DNA from: Leptogorgia sarmentosa
Lineage: Eukaryota
DNA length: 64,000 bases
Assembly (NCBI GenBank): GCA_964658305.1
Contig: OZ210885.1
Coordinates: 744,001 to 808,000 of the forward strand
Reading direction: 5' to 3'
Shown: positions 52,201-61,200 of the stretch, in pieces
Layout of the letters: each line of letters opens with the position of its first letter
How positions within the stretch are numbered: position 1 is the first letter of the stretch
Position numbers and translations under genes: made by a program
Notes under the pieces: generated by a model
Told to the model about the DNA's origin: nothing
The model's input: only the letters and a program-made list of their open reading frames with translations
Databases searched by the model: none

Positions 52201-55200
52201 CAATTTCAATGCCGAAATTTGTCCCAGCAACCGGTAAGTATTAGCAGGACATTTTAATACCAAAATGCATAGCGATGGGGAATGGATATTTAATTGAAAC
52301 GAGATGCAATCATCTTATCTGATGATGTTTTAAAAAACGACCATTTGCGGCTTGCCTTCACATTTTGCTTTTGTATTTTCTTAGTTTTTTATACTTGTTT
52401 ATTTTCTTTGATTTCAGGAACTTCACCAAAGATGATATTCGTGTTGTTATTCATCGTAACAATGGCTCTGTCAGTTTTGTGGTCACTGATCCTGATACTG
52501 GATCAACACTTCCCGTGAACCAAATACAAGAATCAATCAGTGGAAAGTTCAATTCCATAATTTACGGTCTACCTTATACACTGGAAGTTACAACCAATCA
52601 ACGTTCCAACGCAGTCAGTGTTCGCTTACCAAACACTCAGGCGAGTGAGGTGAGTTGATTCATTAATCATTCAACGAAACTTCTCAAACAGGAAATCCGA
52701 TTGGGAAAAAATCCCCAATCTGAAAGCGCGCAGAAATTTTTTTCCTGAAAAACGTAAAATCATTGAATTACACGAGCAAAGGCTCCTAGGGCGAGCGAAT
52801 GACGTAATAGTAATAATGAAAATGGTGAATACAAACAAAACGGGAAGGTGAAATATTAAAATGTTTTTAAAAGACTCGCGCGATGTCTGCAGAGTGGCGT
52901 TAATTTATTCTAACATTGTACCTTTAGTGGCCTGCCAGAGATTTGCTGTTTCGACAAAATATGGCCAAAGAAATCCAGGACTTTTGTAACACTTCAGATT
53001 TCCATCGTACTCTTTGTAACATCACAAAGTGAGTATTTTGGATACGTCAGAAATACAACATTAGACATTGTTCCTCAATTTCGAGCAATTGTAATGGTGA
53101 AAAATTATAAAAACTTTGTTATCGTTAATTTTGCTATCCTTTTGTCACTTCACCAATGGCATAATATTCCAGTGTTATTTGAGTTCATTTCAATTCCGGT
53201 ATTGCGTTTACCTGATTTGCATGCATTATAAAACTTTGTACCCAAAATAGGCTATCTATTCAATGCTTGTGCATTATACTTTAACAGCAAATGTAAGACA
53301 AAGATGTTAAATTTAACAATAATATGCAATTAATCACAAATCTTGGCAAACAAATTCTCGTGGGAGTTAACTTTCATAAGTTCCCTAATTTCTTGTTGGA
53401 TCTGTATAATTGTTAGCGATATTTGTTTCTCTTTCAGTGATGACCTGAACAGCCTCACAAGTGCTAACATTCAAAGACTGCCAGGTTCTCCATCACAAAA
53501 TGGCACCAATTCAATCCTCAAATTTTACGCACAGTTGACAAGCGGTAGAGTTATTCCTAAAACCATCTTGGCCACCATCTTCGTAGAAAGACGGGAAAAA
53601 ATATTGTCACTTGACAGCAGTCTGGAAGATTTCACAGAAAGTTTTACATCTGATGAAACAGTTCTTACTCCAGAACAACAAAATAATACAGTTCCTATTG
53701 CAATAATTAACTTTCTCCTTTCAAAGGTGAGTGTAACAAGTCTGAAATTAAATTTGTCCGACGTTTAGCGAATGAGTCTTTCATTCATGTTTTTCTATGT
53801 TGCGTATTTACGATAAAAGTGTTCACAAATCCTTTTGGCGTACCTGCATAACTTGTTTTCTTTATATCACTTCAAAATTTTAGTTTTAATGTTCCTATCA
53901 TGTGCTGCTATACTATTTATCGACAATACCAAAATTGTCAGAATATTGTCAGTACCAAATTAGGCTTGCAGCGGTTAGCTTTACGTTATTGTTGTCACAG
54001 CAAAAATGGACAACGTTTTGCAAATAATGATTGAGCAGGATTAAGCAATGTTTTGCTGCCTACAGTAATTGTTCACAGTTGTTTTGTTATTGCCACGCCC
54101 GATTCAGTCCCAACAATAATTTGTTGACAACCATGCATGAGCAAAATGTGGGCGGTTAAACGCTGTTCAATCCTGTTTTACTGCAGGCTGAAAATTTTGG
54201 TTTGTAGGATATATACATTACAAATTGAAGGTATTTCCTCAATTACACTTACGTGAAGTATATTTTATTTAAATTATATGTTCCCTTGCTATAGTTCACA
54301 TCCTTGCGAAAGATGGATATCAAAGTGTCAGTTGCACGAAGAATGAATATCTTTTGTTTTACAACAGCTGCAGACACGTGCGGTATTACTAGGTAGGCAT
54401 ACAATCACTGTTCGTACTATTTTTAAAACATGAAATGCACAAAGCGAATAAGAGTTATGGCAGTATTAAAATATATTTAAGTCTGATCATTGTTACTATG
54501 TTTTCTTCTTGTTAATAATTCTTGATATCAGAATGAGGAAACTGCATGTAGTCATTGACAAAATCAATGCTACGTTTTCTGGCTAGGTTCTTCGTCCGGA
54601 ATTTGTGTGGTTGGTCGAGAGAACTAATACAAATGCAATACACATGTTAAAGTAACATGTGACAAAATTGAAAGTGGTTGAACTAACAATGTACTAAGGC
54701 ATGATATTGGATTCTTTTTTATTTCCAGGCCAAGAAGAAGAAAACGAGCTGCGACGTAAGTTATTTCACTTCGTGAAACTAGTGGCCATCCCTGTTCTTT
54801 AATGTGAAATAACTAATTATGCGGTGTTAAGACAAAAAAGATACATATCATTTTTCACTTGCAAAAACCACTAACTACTCTAAGCGTCTACTTTGTTGAA
54901 AAAGTAGAAACAAGGCAACAACGTAATGATAATTATACACTTTAACCCTCCCAATTACCTATTACGCATAAACCCCGCATATCAACATGAGCTATCATGC
55001 TTTAGAGAAAGGTCACGGTAGATAAATATCTGGAGAGCTGACAAAGGTTCCATCTGACCACATATGCAGTGACTGCAGTTACATAAGCTCTTCCCATTAA
55101 GAACTCTGTCTTACACTTTAAAATTACTATTACGCACCGTCCATGCAATAAGTACAATTAACAACTAAATGAACTATCTCTCTAAATCCTCGTATATATT

Positions 55201-58200
55201 TTTGGCAGCGATCAATTCAGTGATAATGACGTCATAGTTACTGGCGTCATGGCAGCCGGAAATGATACCGTTATCAATGTTGTTGTCAACGAACCAGGAG
55301 AGAATAACCCAGTTCCAGCTAATATTGTTGAAGAAGCAATGCGTGAATCCATTGAAACTGATAACACATCACTCATTACTGGTTTACAACTGGCTCTTGG
55401 TAATACACCGGAAGTAATTACAATCAATCAACGTTCCAACGCAGTCAGTGTTCGCTTACCAAACACTCAGGCGAGTGAGGTGAGTTGACTCATTAATCAT
55501 TCAACGAAACCTCTCAAACAGGAAATCGATTGGGAAAAAATCCCCAATGTGAAAGCGCGCAGCAATTTTTTCATGAAAATTGAACTTGTTATGGAATTAG
55601 TTTTAATTCTGTATTATTATTTGCATTGAAATTAAACCATGTTGTTCAAATGAATACATTTTAGTGGCAATTTGAGGATGAAATATCATTCAGAGAAAAT
55701 ATGTCGGAAGCCATTAAACAATTTTGTGGAATGAGTGCGTTACATCTGGATTTGTGTGGCCTTACTAGGTATGTATCATTTAAGGAATGACAATGAGCTC
55801 TTCGGGCGAGTGTTTCCACACATTTATCATTTCCTCCCCAGCAAAGTAATTTTGGTTTCTTTTGCAACTATATCCTGCACGTATCGGAGTTTGTTGCTGC
55901 GGAAGGAAATGCAATCACACATGTTATTGTAAATCGTATCCGCGTCACTCCAACATTATGTTACAATGTTTTGTCCAGATCAAATGGAAATTTGTCAACA
56001 ACAAACAAACTGGTGTCAAATTGAGGACTGATATTGTTCCTTAATTCTAATAGTGTTCGGTCCATCGCGTTTATGGTCAATTTGAGCTGTATGCATGTGG
56101 ATCAACTGCTCTTGAGTTTCCCTTGCTTCTCGATATCAACCTGGAAAAATACGGCTTACAGCAATATCTCATTATTTCATTATAGTGCTCAAGTTAATGA
56201 AATCCAACCTTTGAATGTGAGGACATTGCCTGAATCTCCAAGTCAAAATGGAACAGACACCATACTGTCGTTCTTCGTGGATCTACCCAGTGGAACAACT
56301 ATGCCTTTGGATCTTTTGACAACAATATTCATGTCATCACCAAACGTTCTTTCACAAGCAAACAGTGTTATTTCAGCAACAAGCGAAAACCCTGTGCTTA
56401 CAGATGCTGAGACTAAAAACCTCGTTCCCTTGTCCATAATTATCCCAGCAAACAAGGTAAAATATCCCCAACAGTTTCTTCAATCAGTTTCTTTCAACTT
56501 TGAGATCAACATTGCGTGCTTTTAATGTAATTAACTTTAGTACATAGAATTCATAAGGAATCCTTCAAAAAATCTCAAACAGAAAAGGGTGAAAAGTTCA
56601 AACGCGTCTCATGTCGAAATGCGTTCAAATTCCACATGTCGAGGAAAAAATGACCTCATTTTCCTTGATTTCGGAGATAACATTTCCCTATTTGTTCAAA
56701 GATTTGTTCCTTTTTTTTACATTCGAGCAAACATCCTACTCCTCCTCCACCTCCTCCTCCTTAGACCCGCTTTAATGTAGTGCATGAATGACGAATCCAT
56801 CAGGCTTTCTAAATGAGTGTTCATGCTGACTGAAAAAAACCTCAGAATTTAAAACTTATCAATTGGATGAACTTTAATTTTATCGCCATATACACGTTTT
56901 GTTTTGGGTTTTTTCAGGATGTAAGACTGGATATCCAGGTTTCAATCGCCCACAGATTCAATGAACACTGTAAAAACAATTTCAATGCCGAAATTTGTCC
57001 CAGCAACCGGTAAGTATTAGCAGGACATTTTAATACCAAAATGCATAGCGATGGGGAATGGATATTTAATTGAAACGAGATGCAATCATCTTATCTGATG
57101 ATGTTTTAAAAAACGACCATTTGCGGCTTGCCTTCACATTTTGCTTTTGTATTTTCTTAGTTTTTTATACTTGTTTATTTTCTTTGATTTCAGGAACTTC
57201 ACCAAAGATGATATTCGTGTTGTTATTCATCGTAACAATGGCTCTGTCAGTTTTGTGGTCACTGATCCTGATACTGGATCAACACTTCCCGTGAACCAAA
57301 TACAAGAATCAATCAGTGGAAAGTTCAATTCCATAATTTACGGTCTACCTTATACACTGGAAGTTACAACCAATCAACGTTCCAACGCAGTCAGTGTTCG
57401 CTTACCAAACACTCAGGCGAGTGAGGTGAGTTGATTCATTAATCATTCAACGAAACTTCTCAAACAGGAAATCCGATTGGGAAAAAATCCCCAATCTGAA
57501 AGCGCGCAGAAATTTTTTTCCTGAAAAACGTAAAATCATTGAATTACACGAGCAAAGGCTCCTAGGGCGAGCGAATGACGTAATAGTAATAATGAAAATG
57601 GTGAATACAAACAAAACGGGAAGGTGAAATATTAAAATGTTTTTAAAAGACTCGCGCGATGTCTGCAGAGTGGCGTTAATTTATTCTAACATTGTACCTT
57701 TAGTGGCCTGCCAGAGATTTGCTGTTTCGACAAAATATGGCCAAAGAAATCCAGGACTTTTGTAACACTTCAGATTTCCATCGTACTCTTTGTAACATCA
57801 CAAAGTGAGTATTTTGGATACGTCAGAAATACAACATTAGACATTGTTCCTCAATTTCGAGCAATTGTAATGGTGAAAAATTATAAAAACTTTGTTATCG
57901 TTAATTTTGCTATCCTTTTGTCACTTCACCAATGGCATAATATTCCAGTGTTATTTGAGTTCATTTCAATTCCGGTATTGCGTTTACCTGATTTGCATGC
58001 ATTATAAAACTTTGTACCCAAAATAGGCTATCTATTCAATGCTTGTGCATTATACTTTAACAGCAAATGTAAGACAAAGATGTTAAATTTAACAATAATA
58101 TGCAATTAATCACAAATCTTGGCAAACAAATTCTCGTGGGAGTTAACTTTCATAAGTTCCCTAATTTCTTGTTGGATCTGTATAATTGTTAGCGATATTT

Positions 58201-61200
58201 GTTTCTCTTTCAGTGATGACCTGAACAGCCTCACAAGTGCTAACATTCAAAGACTGCCAGGTTCTCCATCACAAAATGGCACCAATTCAATCCTCAAATT
58301 TTACGCACAGTTGACAAGCGGTAGAGTTATTCCTAAAACCATCTTGGCCACCATCTTCGTAGAAAGACGGGAAAAAATATTGTCACTTGACAGCAGTCTG
58401 GAAGATTTCACAGAAAGTTTTACATCTGATGAAACAGTTCTTACTCCAGAACAACAAAATAATACAGTTCCTATTGCAATAATTAACTTTCTCCTTTCAA
58501 AGGTGAGTGTAACAAGTCTGAAATTAAATTTGTCCGACGTTTAGCGAATGAGTCTTTCATTCATGTTTTTCTATGTTGCGTATTTACGATAAAAGTGTTC
58601 ACAAATCCTTTTGGCGTACCTGCATAACTTGTTTTCTTTATATCACTTCAAAATTTTAGTTTTAATGTTCCTATCATGTGCTGCTATACTATTTATCGAC
58701 AATACCAAAATTGTCAGAATATTGTCAGTACCAAATTAGGCTTGCAGCGGTTAGCTTTACGTTATTGTTGTCACAGCAAAAATGGACAACGTTTTGCAAA
58801 TAATGATTGAGCAGGATTAAGCAATGTTTTGCTGCCTACAGTAATTGTTCACAGTTGTTTTGTTATTGCCACGCCCGATTCAGTCCCAACAATAATTTGT
58901 TGACAACCATGCATGAGCAAAATGTGGGCGGTTAAACGCTGTTCAATCCTGTTTTACTGCAGGCTGAAAATTTTGGTTTGTAGGATATATACATTACAAA
59001 TTGAAGGTATTTCCTCAATTACACTTACGTGAAGTATATTTTATTTAAATTATATGTTCCCTTGCTATAGTTCACATCCTTGCGAAAGATGGATATCAAA
59101 GTGTCAGTTGCACGAAGAATGAATATCTTTTGTTTTACAACAGCTGCAGACACGTGCGGTATTACTAGGTAGGCATACAATCACTGTTCGTACTATTTTT
59201 AAAACATGAAATGCACAAAGCGAATAAGAGTTATGGCAGTATTAAAATATATTTAAGTCTGATCATTGTTACTATGTTTTCTTCTTGTTAATAATTCTTG
59301 ATATCAGAATGAGGAAACTGCATGTAGTCATTGACAAAATCAATGCTACGTTTTCTGGCTAGGTTCTTCGTCCGGAATTTGTGTGGTTGGTCGAGAGAAC
59401 TAATACAAATGCAATACACATGTTAAAGTAACATGTGACAAAATTGAAAGTGGTTGAACTAACAATGTACTAAGGCATGATATTGGATTCTTTTTTATTT
59501 CCAGGCCAAGAAGAAGAAAACGAGCTGCGACGTAAGTTATTTCACTTCGTGAAACTAGTGGCCATCCCTGTTCTTTAATGTGAAATAACTAATTATGCGG
59601 TGTTAAGACAAAAAAGATACATATCATTTTTCACTTGCAAAAACCACTAACTACTCTAAGCGTCTACTTTGTTGAAAAAGTAGAAACAAGGCAACAACGT
59701 AATGATAATTATACACTTTAACCCTCCCAATTACCTATTACGCATAAACCCCGCATATCAACATGAGCTATCATGCTTTAGAGAAAGGTCACGGTAGATA
59801 AATATCTGGAGAGCTGACAAAGGTTCCATCTGACCACATATGCAGTGACTGCAGTTACATAAGCTCTTCCCATTAAGAACTCTGTCTTACACTTTAAAAT
59901 TACTATTACGCACCGTCCATGCAATAAGTACAATTAACAACTAAATGAACTATCTCTCTAAATCCTCGCATATATTTTTGGCAGCGATCAATTCAGTGAT
60001 AATGACGTCATAGTTACTGGCGTCATGGCAGCCGGAAATGATACCGTTATCAATGTTGTTGTCAACGAACCAGGAGAGAATAACCCAGTTCCAGCTAATA
60101 TTGTTGAAGAAGCAATGCGTGAATCCATTGAAACTGATAACACATCACTCATTACTGGTTTACAACTGGCTCTTGGTAATACACCGGAAGTAATTACAAT
60201 CAATCAACGTTCCAACGCAGTCAGTGTTCGCTTACCAAACACTCAGGCGAGTGAGGTGAGTTGACTCATTAATCATTCAACGAAACCTCTCAAACAGGAA
60301 ATCGATTGGGAAAAAATCCCCAATGTGAAAGCGCGCAGCAATTTTTTCATGAAAATTGAACTTGTTATGGAATTAGTTTTAATTCTGTATTATTATTTGC
60401 ATTGAAATTAAACCATGTTGTTCAAATGAATACATTTTAGTGGCAATTTGAGGATGAAATATCATTCAGAGAAAATATGTCGGAAGCCATTAAACAATTT
60501 TGTGGAATGAGTGCGTTACATCTGGATTTGTGTGGCCTTACTAGGTATGTATCATTTAAGGAATGACAATGAGCTCTTCGGGCGAGTGTTTCCACACATT
60601 TCGAATTCTCCCAAACTTACACGAGTGTTTACGTAACTCAATGTAAACATAGGAAAATGTTTTCCGTTGTTTTCATAAAATAACAAGATGACAAACGCGG
60701 AATAACGGAATAGCGAGAAGCAGCGGGAAATAGCTGTGTTTACATAATCTCACATCAACACGGCTGTTAGCCAATCACACGCGTGTTGTCTTTTTCACTT
60801 ACTTCCGGTTATTTTATAAAATATATTATAATTAAAGGCATGGTACGAATTTTTTTAAAATCCAAGATATGGCCATATATCTCTCCGTGAAATTTCAATA
60901 TGTCGCTAATATCAACAAGCAGCAAAAGTTCTACTCACTACACTAAACGATACCTTAAAGTTCGAAATTTTGAGCACCAATTCCCGACGAATGGTCTTGC
61001 CTCAAATCTTTGAATCTTATTGTGTGGCTTGGTTAACTTTTACTGTTTTTTGATGATTGTTCAAAAGTCGATCAGCTGTCTGGATCAATATGAATTTTAA
61101 TTTCTTCCTTGAGGTTTTGAAATAAAGAAACTAAAATAATTAAAATTAACTATTCAATATCACCTCAAAATCGCAGTTAGTTTTTAGAGCTATTTCACCT

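Larger units (their letters stand above)
47968..52747 (+). repeat. Intragenic tandem unit copy 1 (modules 6-9; exons 48153-48253, 48687-48975, 49573-49670, 49953-49979, 50433-50703, 50889-50992, 51410-51680, 52142-52233, 52418-52649)
   Basis: Similarity to later copies begins at aaaacgtaaaatcattgaattacacgagc (~47968); the 5' half is more diverged than the 3' half. Confidence 0.9.

Noticed and set aside
50885..52518. Intronic ORFs that recur identically in several repeat units
   Set aside because: Their identity reflects recent tandem duplication, not coding constraint; several are disrupted in copy 3
17291..60203. Minus-strand ORFs overlapping exons (e.g. 17291-17677, 18724-18981, 33391-33642, 50436-50651)
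   Set aside because: Antisense shadows of + strand coding exons; they recur only because the exons are duplicated
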